Shown: one piece after another, positions 49,076 through 63,077 of the stretch
Layout of the letters: each line of letters starts with the position of its first letter
Numbering within the stretch: the stretch's first letter is position 1
Assembly (NCBI RefSeq): GCF_018350175.1
Contig: NC_058368.1
Coordinates: forward strand, 32,118,001 to 32,182,000
DNA: 64,000 nucleotides
Source of the DNA: Felis catus
Lineage: Eukaryota
Direction of reading: 5' to 3'
The notes under the pieces: generated by a model
Seen by the model: the letters and a program-made list of their open reading frames with translations, nothing else
Told to the model about the DNA's origin: nothing
The model's database searches: none
Program-made: the position numbers and the translations under genes

Positions 49076-52000
49076 CTCCCATCTCGTAATTTTTAGTCCT
49101 CATTCAGTATTTGTTTCAAATTCCTTCAAACTCTTGTAATACAAGAAAGTAAGTTTTTGTGTGTCTTCTATCTACACGTATGCAATACATATCCATAAAT
49201 AGGAGCTGTTAAGTGTTTTAGATACATTATTTTCTAAATAGAATACTTTATGGGTTTAAATATTTTTCAAACTGCTTAATGATGACCTTTTATTGACAGA
49301 TAACAGAGAACATAATTATTTTAGAACAAATGGATTAGATTTTCAAGATCATTATTGCATAACAGAAACAGAATTTAAAACAGATTTAACTTACGAAATC
49401 TTCTGTTTATCCATCCATACATGTATTAATCAAAACTGTTATATTTCGTAGATAAGAAAAAAATTAGAAGATCTCAAATATACGTATAGTTAACAATTAA
49501 ACATGTTTACAGATTGTCTTAATGTTTCTTAAGTTTATTTTCATGGATCATGTAATTATAAATATGTCTGGAAATGTATGTCATAATCTGATGAAAGTTT
49601 AAACTGTATGCTGTGAACTTTTTTCACTAAAAAAAATCTTTCTCAAAATAAATTTTAATTGCCTATTTTAAAGAAAAATAGCCTTATCACCCATTCTAAA
49701 AAGTAAAGTCAGGTCTAGAGTTGCTTTAAAGATTCAGAGGGATCTTATAAAGACCTGTATTATGCTCTTGATGAAATAAATGCCACACTTTTCTCAGAGG
49801 ACTTAGCCATATGAAATACTTGGAGACTATTCTTCTAAGAGGACTAGAAATTCAAAATCCACACATGTTAACAAATTCCATATATTGGGGGAAGGGCCTA
49901 TATCTTTTACATCTGAGTCCCTAAGTTTGGCACATTGCCTAGAATTTGTTAGCATTTGTGTTATATGAATAAAAATTATTGTTAATAGCTGAAATGGAAA
50001 TTGACCCTTGTGATAATTATAATTTTGATATACACTGGAGCTATTTTTTCAACACTGTTCTATTCATCACATAGATCATGGGAACTTCTAGCTACTGAAG
50101 TGATAGGATTCATGGTCAGAAGAACACCTAAAAAAGCCAGTTTGATTTAGGTTGTTTATACTTTGAGTTACTATATACTCCAACAACTCCACTTTAAATA
50201 ATATACATTGTGAAATCACAAATGAAGGAAATCAAGTGATGAGCTGTAAAGGGTCTTCATATAATGGTTCATTTTGTTTATATTTTGTTCTAGAAATTTG
50301 TTCTAGAAATCTGAGCCTTTACAAAATGATAAAAGCATGTCAGTTACGGGTATGGACTAGTACAATGATATTAGAATGAATACTTAATACTCTGCTTTCA
50401 TTTCAACTATTTGGATATAAGCACACCTTTGAGATGCTGTTCCCTTAAACTCCACAAACTTAATTGTCATAAAAGGAAATAGAAGCTGATGACTGAACTC
50501 AGTTATTTAATGTTTATCAAGGATAAATAAGAACCATTTGATTTGTAAAAGTTCAGAAATATGTTGCTGTGTGAATAAGAAAAGAGAGATGATGGTTAAA
50601 AACAAGTGGCCTGCATTGTAGCAAACAACCATTGGTTCAGTAACTATTCATCTCTTTTACACTTGTGTATATCCAATCCCAAATTAGCATGAGAACATAA
50701 TGAAACATGCAAGGGAGAGAGATAAGTCAGAGAATGTTTTTAGCCATACTGAGTGAAGTTCAGAATTCTAAGATCTCTCAAACACAGCCTGCTCTCTAGA
50801 ATTTAACAACTAACTCTGCACTGCTTAAGAATATGAGGCAAACTGCTCAAAAGAATGGAAACTGAAGAACAGACACAAAACACATCTATTTTGTGTTATA
50901 CTTGGAAACATACACAGATGGGAGCATTTGTGTTTAATACTTCTATTCTCTAGCACTAAATAAGCCATGTTCATTTTGAGAAGTAGTTTATTGAAGGATA
51001 TATTTTGCTTTTGGAGACATAGCTGTTTTATCTCAACTGATGACCTCGGTCTCACTGTTTAGTTAGTCGGCTGATTGAAACACTTCTCTTCCATTTTCTG
51101 CAATAGAAGTAACAAAAACATACTTTTCACACTAAAGTGCCCTATCTGCTATTTTTTCCCATGCATAAACGTTAAGAATGTCATAGTGTTTTCAAGGGAA
51201 CATTATATTAAAATGATTATATTTTAAATGAGGTTTATAATCTTAATGTTAAAAATCATTAATAATTTTAATTGCAAAATATCTACAGAATTAGATCATA
51301 CTGACCTAATCTGCCTCTCATATATATTTCCAGCTCCAGCTCCTATTGTCGACATATATTCTGTGATCAAAATCACCTATGCATGGCTATAAACAGATAC
51401 AGATTTCTTTGGTTATTTATAGTTGCTTTATTATAAGCTGACATTTGTAGCCCAGAGCATTAGAGATAAAGATGTTTTCTACAAAATACAGAAAAAGACA
51501 TACATTCGACATAAGAAATTCTATAGTTTTTTTTTTCTCTTAGGATATTTGCTTTCTATTGTAGAATCATAAAATATCCTGAGAGATATACATGCATATA
51601 TGCATCATATACATACATACATACATATTCATATACACACATGCATACACTTAGAGGAGAGTATAAGCCATTTTTAAAGGAGTAAAAAACTTAAAGTACA
51701 TCTCTATGGTAATATTATCTATTGCTTACATTAAAACATTTCTATATATTACTGACAACCAAAAAGACTCTACTCAAATAGGATTCTATAAATTTCCCAT
51801 TCACATTATTTATGTAAAATATAAAACGTTTTTAAAACCTTTAAATAAATTAAATTTTAAAAGTTTAAACCCATAATTTACTTCTGAAAACTTCTTTGAT
51901 GTTACTACTTGATAGATAACTTTATTGTATCATAAACAATTGTAGGAAGGCAAAGATGAACTATAAGAATGAGAAATGAGCACACACATCTTTCTGTATT

Positions 52001-52569
52001 CCTCCTCAGAACCGATTAAATTAGAGCAAAACAGTTGAAAATTGAAATTAAAATGTGACTATAAGTTTGTATATAAACAAATATACAGGAGAAAGGACAC
52101 AAGGAAATAAGAGAATTCAACTATTTATTGGAAGGTAGAAAGGCTGTGGACATCTGTTTAATGGATACTTCTGTGGGAGAAAATACCAGAATCTTCAATT
52201 AAAAATGAGAGCCAATCTGACAAGCATAAATCCACACACCTTCAAGTTTGGGGCTGAAAGGTGTGAGAGAGGACAGGAGCTTAAAGAAGGGCCAGAAGGG
52301 CTAATTAGTTGCCTATTCCATGGACACAAATGAGTTTTTACTTTCAACTTTAAGGTACCTGATAGTATCTAAATAATCAATAAGTCAATAAATGACAGAG
52401 ACAGGCAAAGATGTGCCTGTAACTGAGATGAATCTTCATTCCTTTGAGTAAGGAATAGTGGAAATACTTTAGGTTAGGATATAAAAAGAGGAGAATGGCA
52501 TACCATTTGAAGAGAGGAAAAGGAAGAATTAATAGTACACACGAATAAATATTAATTAACAAGAGCAGA

Positions 52570-52770
52570 TATCATTTATAGAATGCTTATTAACCGCCAA
52601 GCATAATTTTAACTGCTTTATATGAGTTGATTTCTCAAAACACTACATTCAGATGAGAAAAACATATGAGCAGTCAAATAACTTAAGATTCAACAGAGCA
52701 AGTGGAGGAATAAAAATTGGTACCCAGGAAAGCTTATTCCAGAGAGCTTGCACTTAACTAACAGTTACAA
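52570..52770 (-). mobile_element. MIR fragment
   Basis: 'catttatagaatgcttattaaccgccaagc...cagatgagaaaa...gcaagtggagga'. Confidence 0.5.
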
Positions 52771-55700
52771 GAGTTAACTCTCTCCCAGTTATGGGAGATT
52801 TAGATGAATCTGATAACATTTTATAAGCATCAATTCCTTTGCTTTTATTTAAAGCCTCCATATACATAGATAATGTGCTACATATGCATACCATCTCTCT
52901 TCCATGTAACCACTCATGCCTAAATTGCCTCATTTATAAAATTGGAGAAGTAACTATTTCTTACAATTACTGTAAAATCATATGGATTAATATGTGCTTA
53001 AAAATGTGTGGCACAGAGATATTGATGGTGTTATTTTTTAACACAATAAATATTACTACTAGCAAATTCACTCATCTACTCTTGCATATGTTCCAATGCT
53101 GGAAGAAACAGCTGCTGTATTTAATTCATTGTGATGTAATGCCTGTCTTCCTTTGGCTTCATTTTAAATATAACTCTTGTTTCAGGTGCTGACCAAAAAC
53201 CTAACTTTTATGCAAGATGTGAATCAACTATCCCCTATAATTCCCTAGACTTTTATAGTTTTGTTGTTTACTCTCCATCTTCTTGCAAGTGCTCAAATAT
53301 CCAGGGCTAGTGTATGGTAAAAAGCCAGTCTCTTATACAGTTACATAAAAATGTACAAAACCAGACTCAGGTCTTAGAATCTAAAATAATTCAATAAATC
53401 ACACTTAACAAAGAGAGGGAGTTATGCTGTTAAGCCATATAAGACTAGCCATAAAGCAAGCCATTGAGGAAGAGGACTCTAAGCAGATATGGAAAAAAAA
53501 AACTAGCCTCCACCTAGACTTGAAATTCAGGAAGCTGTGTTGGGTGATTTATCTGGCTCTTACAGTGGCAAGCAAGGAGATATAGATAGGGTGGCAGAAT
53601 AGATACTTTTTAGTTAATAATTTCTGTCATAATTGAATCAACAAAATATATTCACAAACTGTACTATTTCTATTTCAAGGATGAAACTATGTCTAAATGA
53701 ACTTTGCATCCTTGTACTAAGATAGTGCAGAATATATAAAAATTGAAATATCTTGATAGAATTAGCTACACAATTGGGGTGATGGAGAATGGTGGATGGT
53801 TTTCCATTCTAAAAGAACACAATTACTTTAGGAAAAATAAGGGACAAACTACATCATCAAATTATAGACCAATCTAAAAAGTTGTGATCACAAATATTTA
53901 TATACATATTTATTTATCTTCTTAATTTTATTGGTATAGTCTACTCTGAAAGAACATTAATAAATGTATACAGTTTAGTTATTTATATTAGTCATCCAGA
54001 AATCATGTTTAGAAATGGTCTTGTGTGCTATGATGGAAAAAGTTAATAACATTTGCCCTTTACAACCATTTTGTAAAAGATGTAAATCCCTTTAATCATT
54101 TTGTACAAATGTAATCATTAAGATTTGTGCTGTTTATGATAGTAGAGGACAAATATAATAATATTATTTATCTAGGATTCCAATGATAATGATGATTGTA
54201 GCAACAACAATGGTGACAGATAACATTGATCATTGACTATGGGCAAGGGAATAATCGATTTTATTTTCAACCACCAGATGGGGTACTCTTATTACTTCTA
54301 TCTTACATATTAGATGACTTTCAGTGTTTAGGTAATTTACCCAGTATCATAGTGGAATGTACATTCTTTAGGTGCAGATTTTTTTAGAAATTCATTGTTG
54401 CATGGTAAGTGCCTAGAATAATGTCTGAATGTGGTGCATTCATAATAGAATTTATTGATTGAATGGAAACAAAACGTGGCACTATTGCTATTGAATGTTG
54501 TTTTGTTTTACTTTAGTTTTGCTCTTAACTTCTATGATATTCTGCTTCTCATTACCATAAAAGACCACCTTAAACCAAGTATGGGCTTGTTTATGTTTAT
54601 TGGGAAGTATGAATTGGTATGGCCAGAAAATCTCCCCATATGTAGAAAATTGTATGTCTCTTTTCATCCATCCTTTGAATGATTTTGTCTGTCATCCTTG
54701 TTTGTAGAAAGCAATTATGGTATCTTTTTAAATAGCTTTCTATATTATTGTCTACATTTACTAGGTACCTGATGTTGAAAATTCATCCTATTTCCAAAAT
54801 TACTTCTCTCAATCTTCAAAACATAGATGAATTCACAGACGAATTCTTATTTGTTGGTTGATATAACCAATGATAACATGCACTTATCTAAATGAGATCA
54901 TCTTTTTGGTTGGGGGCTTTTGAAAGGTCTTTATGAGAGCATAAACCTGACTAATTCCAAAGATTTCTTCCAGGTAGACCATGTACAACAGGTTTACCGA
55001 TGCATTGCAAGCAACTAATTGATTAGTAAAATGATCTTATAAAGAATACCCTGAATAATGTAAGTTGAGCTCAACACATCTAGATTTCTGAGGTTAACCA
55101 AATGAAGTCCTGAAAGCTTTCCATCATGTATTCACAGCAAGGGGCAACTCCATGATTCCTGGCTTGCAGCATTTCATGACATATATTTTCCACTTTACTT
55201 TTACTTTCTTTTTTTTTTTTTTTTTAACAATTTGGTATTATCCAACTTTGCAAACTAACAATTCTCCCTAGGTTTTTCATTGCTGGTGCCAAAACAACAA
55301 AGCTTCCATTCAAAGTGAAGCATCAAAACTCCATGACTTTTTGCACTAGATCTCAATTTCACAAGGCAGGAGCAAAAGCACAGTAGGATAGAGTTTTGCA
55401 TGCACTGTCATTCTTGCAGTTTCAGATGTGGTGGTCAGCAGGACTGTAACATTAAAAATGCAAGTTTCATTAATGATGGTCCACAAGGAAGAGGGATGAA
55501 AGGTTACTTTGAATTGTCTTTGAAGACCATAGATAGTGAAAGAGCCTTTGATACGGGGAATCAGCACTAGTCTACTCAAATCAAGGACATCTGTCCTCCA
55601 AAACAGGAGAGAACAAAAAATAGATACTGATGAGTAGCTCAAGCAGGGCAGAAAGATGAGAAAATAGTTACTGCTCAGGTGTTTAGATAGCTATGGGAAA

Positions 55701-56164
55701 GAGTGAATAAAAGTGGACAACCCTTCTTTTGGAAAAACATGAAACAGTGGGTATTCTTTACTTGTCAAATGTGAAAGGATTGAAAAAATTGTTAAATGTG
55801 CCTTCTGGCTAGTTTGCTGGCAAATACAAGCTGTTCTCCCCAGATATCCACAGTTATGTGTTTCTTTTACTAAACTCACTAAAGTATTTGCCACTTAACA
55901 ATTTCCTTATTCAATTTGGCTGGAGGGAGATTCATGAAAAAGAATCAGGCGACATAAAACAGAGAAATCAAATTAGATAATATTCCCATGTTCTAGTACA
56001 TAGAAGTAAATTAGTTGGGATCGACCGGTTTGATTTCCAAATATTCTTAGACATAAACAGAGACATACAGTGAAAGATGAAATTTAATAAAGTTTACACT
56101 TCAGATTCCCTGAGAACACGGCGTATTAATATCATCTTGAGGAAAGAATATTTTAATATTACAT

Positions 56165-56400
56165 TCATAATAGCTAACATACAGTGTACGCTCTATGCCA
56201 GGCTACTTTATATCTAGTAACACATTTAATCTCTACCGCAACTCAGTGAAGTAGGTATTTTTTAGTTATCATTTTGGACAAGGGGGAGTGAAACAAATTG
56301 GTCAAGTAATTTTTTCCCAAAATGTATAAACAGTAAGAGGGGATCTGGAATTTTAAATCAGGATTGCTTTGATAAAAAAAATCTATGCTCTTCCCCAACA
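56165..56400 (-). mobile_element. MIR
   Basis: 'aatagctaacatacagtgtacgctctatgccaggc...catttaatctctaccgcaactcagtgaagtaggtatt'. Confidence 0.75.
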
Positions 56401-56518
56401 TGTTATACTCATTTTCTGTTCAATGGATTTCTACAAGCAGTTACAGTCTCACAAAACCTCGCCCTTAAAAAAAAAATCAGAGTCTTAGTAATTATTTTAC
56501 CTGCTCTAATTTTAATTG

Positions 56519-56560
56519 CACACACACACACACACACAGACACACATACACACACACAGA
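56519..56560. repeat. (CA)n microsatellite, interrupted
   Basis: cacacaca...gacacacatacaca. Confidence 0.9.
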
Positions 56561-57204
56561 CTAAAATAGTGTCAGGTATTTGTTCATATACATGAGGACA
56601 ATTTAAGGCTCTACTTTAAGCCCAAACTATTCATAATATCCATAATATTTAAGTAATATGTATGCCCTGATTAAACACCAAAACTCATGCTAATTTTAAA
56701 AATACATATGCATATGTAAGTATCTTTTGGATATTACAACACAGTATCTCAGTACTCTCTTCAGTGTGAAAAGGCTATCTTGGCATGAAAAAATATGTTG
56801 GAAAGTGCGCCTACTGTGTGTGATATAATCCTGAAGCGATGTCACTATAGTGTGACAAATGGACAATGATGTCTATAATGTACATATAATGCATGATATA
56901 CATTCAACAAAATATCTTTACGCATGTTAGTGTTAACTGAAATAGAAATTCAAATAGCTTTGAAAAAAATTGAAGTCTGTGGTGAAAATCAGAGATGCAC
57001 AAAGATGAGATTTATATATTGAAAAAAAACCCTAAAATCAAATTATCGAGTATGGTAAGGAGGATATCCATATGGGTTGAAAGTGCTACCCAGAGTAGAA
57101 GTCAGAATTCACGTAGAGAGTAGAGGTGATTTGTGCAGGGGGAGTGTGACAGTAGAGATGGAAGATTGGTTACATATAGGCAGTTAATCAAATAAATAAA
57201 TACA

Positions 57205-57331
57205 GGGACGCCTGGCTGACTCAATCAGTAGGATTTGCAATTCTTGATCTTGGGGTTGTAAGTTCAAGCCCCACGTTGGGTGTAGAGATTACTTAAAAAT
57301 AAAATCTTTAAAAAATAAATAAGTAAGTATA

Positions 57332-57362
<31 letters not shown>

Positions 57363-57363
57363 A
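57205..57363 (+). mobile_element. Short CanSINE form lacking (CT)n, with (TAAA)n tail
   Basis: 'gggacgcctggctgactcaatcagtagg...gttcaagccccacgttgggtgtagagattacttaaaaataaaatcttt'. Confidence 0.88.
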
Positions 57364-57689
57364 TTCATTAACAATAATAAAAACAGCTTTCTTAAGAGTG
57401 GAGAAAGAAGTTAAAAAACACAAACAAATGGGAAAATTAGCATGAATCTCATGATGTTAAGTTGAATACATCAGGGTGAAGACATGATTTCCAATACATA
57501 GTTGAATAGATTAGACTAGATAGATACCTAAATAGATAGATAGATACACAGAGACTTAATTTTGTGTGTATATAACTGTATGTATATTCGTATGCATATT
57601 CCCTAGATCTATTCACTGAGACAGCCTGTTATCATTGACCCCTCATTCACCATGAATATAACTAGAACATGGTTCTTGACTTCTGAATA

Positions 57690-58480
57690 TAGGCATACCT
57701 CATTTTTCTACACTTTGTTTGATTGTACTTCACAGATATTGGATTTTTTACAAATTGATGTTTGGGGCAATGTTACATTGAGCAAGTCTATTGGTGCCAT
57801 TTTTCCAATAAAAAATTCTCATTTTGTGTCTCTGTGTCACATTTTGATAACTCTCACAATATTTCAAACTTTTTTAATTATTACTCTATTTGAATTGCAG
57901 AAATGTCATAATAAAACTTTATCAAATGAGGAGTTGTTTCTTATGGATGAGCAAAAGAAGGGGTTTCTTGAGATGGAATCTACTCTTAGTGAGGGTGCTG
58001 TGAAGATTGTTGAAATGACAACAAAGGATTTAGAATATTCCATTTACTGTGGGTAAAATGCTATCAAACAGTATCACATACAATAGAGAAATTGCTAATG
58101 AAAGGAAGAGTCAATAGGTGCTGCAAATATCATTTTTGTTTTATTTAAGAAAGTGCCATAGCCACCGCAGTCTTCAGCAACCACACCATTCTGATCTGTC
58201 AGCAGCCATCAGTATAGAAGCAGGAACTTCCAGCAGCAAAAATATCAAGACTCATTGAATGCTCAAATGATAGTTAGCATTTGTTAGCAATATTTTTTAA
58301 ATAAGATATGTATGTTGGTTTTTTTAGACATAATGCTATTGCACGCTTAATAGACTATAAAATCAGTATAGTGTAAACATAACTTTTACGTGCAAAAGTT
58401 TGGAAAACCAAAATATTCATTCGACTTACTTTATTATGGTGGTTTTGAGCCAAATCTGCAATATATCTAAAATATGCCCC
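57690..58480 (+). mobile_element. Internally deleted Tigger1 (Tc1/mariner-pogo DNA transposon)
   Basis: Left end 'taggcatacctcattt...gagcaagtctattggtgccatttttccaa', right end 'gcaatatatctaaaatatgcccc'; TA on both sides (57688-57689, 58481-58482); transposase C-terminal remnant [19 protein letters not shown]. Confidence 0.9.
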
Positions 58481-58931
58481 TATTATTCCCCCCCTAAAAG
58501 AAACCAAGGCTTCTTGTAGAAATGACCAATTCTAATTTTGGCTCACAAAAAGTAAAAAAAAAATAAATCTAGAACATCTTATTGTCCATGAAAATAAAGT
58601 GACCAATGAATTACTGGGAAATGTCAAAAGAACACAGGAGGCAACTTGCAAGAGCTTCTCCCACTGACCAAACCAGGAATGATTGTAACATCAAAATAAA
58701 TAATGATAATAAATGATTCAATACATTGAATAAAGTAGAAAACAATGGGTTCTATACAGACATCAATAGATTAAAAAATAAGTTGAAAGTATGACTAAGA
58801 ATGGAAAATGTATAAGATATGACTAACTTCTCTCTGAATACTTATTAATTTAAAAGAGGAAAATATCAACCACATGATAGAGAAGCCAGACAAACACCAG
58901 CATAATCAAGTAATTAAGATGAACACCATCA

Positions 58932-59128
58932 GGGGGTGCCCAGTGGCTCAGTCGTTGAGCATCCAACTTCAGCTCTGGTCATGATCTCACAGTTCATGAA
59001 TTCGAGTCCCATATTGGGCTTGCAACTGTCAGCACAGAACCCTCTTCAGATCCTCTGTCCCCCTGTCTCTCCGCCCTTCCCTCTCTTGTGCTGTGTGTCT
59101 CTCAAAAATAAATAAACATTAAAAAAAA
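58932..59128 (+). mobile_element. CanSINE nested in L1
   Basis: TSD gatgaacaccatca on both sides. Confidence 0.93.
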
Positions 59129-60341
59129 TGATGAACACCATCATTCACTGGACAAATTAAAATCATATGAAACCTGATAGGTGCAATAAAACAAACACAG
59201 TGTTACTCCTGTGATCATCTTATCAAAGATGGAAGGCCTGAATCAAATCACAGGGAATCATTTGATAATCCCAGATGGAAGGCCAATCTATAAAATAACT
59301 GGCCTCTAATCTTCACAAGTGTCAAATTCATTAAGACAAAGAAAGAGTGAAGACTGCTTCAGTCTGAGGGAGATTATAGAGACAGGAGAATTATTTACTA
59401 TGTACAATTCTAAGGTAGATTATTTTCCTCTAAAAAACATTAGTATACCACTTAGCAAAACTTTAATGTAGCCTAAGGATTATATGGCAGTAATGTATCA
59501 ATGCTAATTCACTGACTTTGAGGGTTGTATTGAAAAATATTCTTGTTTGTAGTAAAAATATACTAACAGCGATTGATATGGTATCAAGTCTACAACTTTC
59601 AAATGGTTCAGGAAAGAAAAAAGTTCTTTATGCTTTTCTTAACTTCTCTATAATTTTACGTTAAAAAGACATATTTGCAATTAGTATGAATTTTATGTTA
59701 TTCCTAGAAATTAGAATAGTGGAAGCTTTTACTAACCATGATCCTACAAATGTATGAAGAGTAACATTTAAAAGCCATTGACAAGCAGATAAAATCTATT
59801 GAGGTTACCAAATACCTTTCAAGAGGTATAAAACTGGTGGTTTTATATTTCTAGAATTACATGATACCTTTTGGATATAGTGTTCTGTCATACACATATG
59901 GCACATCAATCAGGAATTCTGTAAGACATTTAGTGTGAAATATGGCTTTCCCCAGTAAATGTTCCCTGATCTGGCACTGGCCAGATGAGACACATTGGTA
60001 GGTAAATCTACACTATTTTGTAATTTGCCTAATAACATGCTTATGAAATTTTAGAATAATTACTTTTCCATTGTGTCCCTAACTAAAATGTTAGTTTCAT
60101 GAGGTCGGAGTATTGAATGATTGATGGACAATACTTCAGTGAATATTTTATTATGTATATTTCAAAATACACATATAGTTACTAAAAATAAAGGCAACAG
60201 GCTAGCATAAGGGTGATGACATCTACATTTACTTCTTGCTCCCTCATTTTTTTATTCTTCTCAGAAACAGGAGAGATTATCAAATTTATCAGATTACAAG
60301 ACATGTGTTTTGTTCTTTTGATATGGTTTATTTTTCAAAAC

Positions 60342-60342
60342 T

Positions 60343-60391
<49 letters not shown>

Positions 60392-60582
60392 AGAGAGAAA
60401 GACAGAGCATGAGTAGGGGAAGAGCAGAGAGAGAGAGAGAGAGGCAGACACAGAATCCAAAGCAGGCTCCAGGCTCTGAACTGTCAGCACAGAGCTTGTT
60501 TGGGGGCTCGAACCCACGGACCATGAAATCATGACCTAAGTCAAAGGTGGACGCTTTACCAACTGAGCCACCCAGACACCCC
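60342..60582 (-). mobile_element. CanSINE (feline type) with (TTTA)n tail
   Basis: Full body; approximate TSD tttttcaaaa. Confidence 0.95.
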
Positions 60583-61010
60583 AATTTTTCAAAATTTTAA
60601 ATACATTCTAAATAGTTTTTATCAAAGCAATGCTGTGCTGTATTAAGCAATTATATTCTGCTGAATGAACAGAAATAATTCCAGACCTGCTCCTCATAAG
60701 CCCAAGTCAACAGCCCATGGTAAATTGATTTCACTTTTGTTATAAAGTTTCTATGTTAGTTTTTCCTCATATTTAAAATAATATATTTATTCTACTTTTT
60801 CTTGATCTCGCAATTAATTTCCTACTTTGATTATAAGAATTTATCACACTTCGTGTTCCAGTTAAACACACCCCTTCTAGTTTAATGATACTATTTTTGG
60901 TTCCTCTACTTATTATATTATAAATGTAAATAATATTACTGCACTTGTATTTATTTTTCTAACAATTCAAGACGTTACCTCCTGCCCATAGTAATTGTAA
61001 GATTAACTTA

Positions 61011-61333
61011 TAGTCTCCCCTTGAACAATACAAGTGTTGGGGTACCAAACCCCCCCACAGTTGACGGTCCTTATACAACTTATGACTTCCTCAAAACTTT
61101 ACTAATAGCCTACTGTTGGTCAGAGGCTTTACTGATAACATAAACAGTTGATTAATACATATTTTGTATATTATATGTATTATATATTATATTCTTACAG
61201 TAAAATGAGCTGGAGAAAAGGATATTAATAAGAACATCATAAGGCACAGAAAATATGTTTATAGTAACGTACTGTAAAAATTCCACGTATAAGTGGACCC
61301 ACGAGGTTCAAGGCCACTGTTCAAGGGTCAGCC
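61011..61333 (+). mobile_element. Tigger2a-type non-autonomous element
   Basis: Ends 'tagtctccccttgaacaa' and 'tgttcaagggtcagcc'; internal 'actaatagcctactgttg' and 'cgtataagtggaccc'. Confidence 0.88.
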
Positions 61334-62644
61334 ATTTTTGCATGCCTACATTTCTCAACATAGCTCTATATCCTATAATCTCCCAACTACTATTATTTTT
61401 ACTTTTAGATACTCATGTTTAATAATTTACTTTCTTTTTGTGAACATAGTAGAGTCCCTTTGTTTTGTCTATTGTGACAGTCAGAAACTCAAATGCCTAC
61501 AAAGGCAATGTAAGTAAATATAAATAACTGAATGATTCAGTTATTTAGATACATTTAAAGTTAAAGATAGTGTATACTATTTTTCAAATCTATTACTCTT
61601 TTTATTTGGTTCTGGATGACTGGCACCCTTTTTTCTATACCAAGAAATATCAATGTAATTGTTGTACTTTGGGTTGTATTATGCAACAAGAAGTCAGCTT
61701 TGAATCGTTTAACATGGAAAAATATTTAATTATGTTCAGTTTTAGTAGAATACAGCTGTTCACCATTGTAAGTGCTTCCAAAGATGGATATAATCTTCTC
61801 ACAATGGTTTTTATATTTATGGTAACATTTCCCTAGGTATTTATAGTGTTCTAATATACCAGCATTATCATATTTAATTTTCAGTATCATGTTATATTGT
61901 AGTTCAATAACTTCCACTTGAAGCTCTTCATTCACACTATCAATATTCATTGAAAGAGGTGAATTGAACAATGTTAGTTCATTTTCATAAAATAGCAAAT
62001 CAGAGAACATTTTCTAAAATTCAATCTTTAATTCCACAGTTTATAAGAATGTAGTTCAGAGCATTACTTTCATTTCTGAAAATTTATATCTGCATAGGAA
62101 ATTGGGTCAGATTATTTCTTGCCGAATGAAATTCCCAAAGAAACCATTTTCAAAGAAGGAGCAAATTGAATTATATACTTTTTTATCTATGCTTGGAAGT
62201 AATTACCAGGAAATGTTCAACCTGTTTAGATAGATTTTATGTCAAAAAACAATCAAACAAAAAGCTAATTTTGGACCCCACCTTTTCTGTAAACCAAACC
62301 ATGTATTTTCACTAGATGACAAGGACAACTTTCTTTCAGTAGTCCAAAAAAAAATGTCTTCAACATCATTTCAAATCACCATCCTCTTTGTAATAATAAA
62401 CTATGTTGTACCTATAACATACCTACAAAAGCATTAACATTTTTGTAACACTTTAAGCTCTGTAACACTAACTTATTTATTAAATTCAAGGACTTCATTC
62501 AAATTTTAACATTCTGGCATGAAAGAATTACTTGTACATGGTGCAACTAATGTATTTAAACCTGAATTCTTGAAAAAAGAAATGAGGCCACACTATATTT
62601 AAGTTTTGTAACTAAAATTATATTATATTCCGCAGCTGGAATAC

Positions 62645-62855
62645 CAGAGCTTCACTCTCTGGTAGTATAGCCACAAACCACAAGTAGCTATTTAAATTTA
62701 AATTAATGTAAGTTAAATGAACATTTTAGTTCCTCAGGCAACACTAGCCACATTTCAAAAATGTTCAACAGCCGCGTGTGTTTAGTAGCAACCCTACTGG
62801 AGAGCACAGATATAGAACATTTCCATTATCTCAGAAAGCTGTTTGTAAAGTGCTG
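62645..62855. mobile_element. MER3 (hAT-Charlie MITE)
   Basis: 'acactagccacatttcaa...gcacagatatagaacatttccattatc'. Confidence 0.8.
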
Positions 62856-62863
62856 ATTCATAG

Positions 62864-63077
62864 CAGAAGATGGCAAACTTTTTCTGTAAAGTGCCAGTTA
62901 CTAAATGTTTTAAGCTTTGTGGGCTATATGTTCTCTGATAGAATTACTGAATTCTACTATTGTAATGGGAAAACAGTCATAAACAATAAAGGAGTGTGGC
63001 TGTGTTCAAATAAAACTTTATTTACAAAAACAGATTTAGCCAGATTTGGCCTATGGGCTATTTTTTTCTTGCTCTTG
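62864..63077 (+). mobile_element. MER58A (hAT-Charlie MITE)
   Basis: 'ggcaaactttttctgtaaagtgccag...gtgtggctgtgttcaaataaaactttatttacaaaaacag...gatttggcctatggg'. Confidence 0.9.

Larger units (their letters stand above)
56930..59665 (+). mobile_element. L1MC3/MC4-type 3' end, interrupted by Tigger1 and two CanSINEs
   Basis: 'aaaagaaaccaaggcttcttgtagaaatgaccaattcta', 'gagaagccagacaaacaccagcataatcaagtaattaag', 'gtaatgtatcaatgctaatt', 'tttcaaatggttcaggaaa'. Confidence 0.75.

Noticed and set aside
50285..50310. 13-bp exact tandem duplication (similar ones at 12859-12880 and ~47687-47707)
   Set aside because: Real but ordinary slippage duplications with no sign of function.
55254..55390. Branch-point 'actaac' plus acceptor at 55270-55271 as a coding exon
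   Set aside because: Branch point is unusually close to the AG, frames close early, and there is no good donor.
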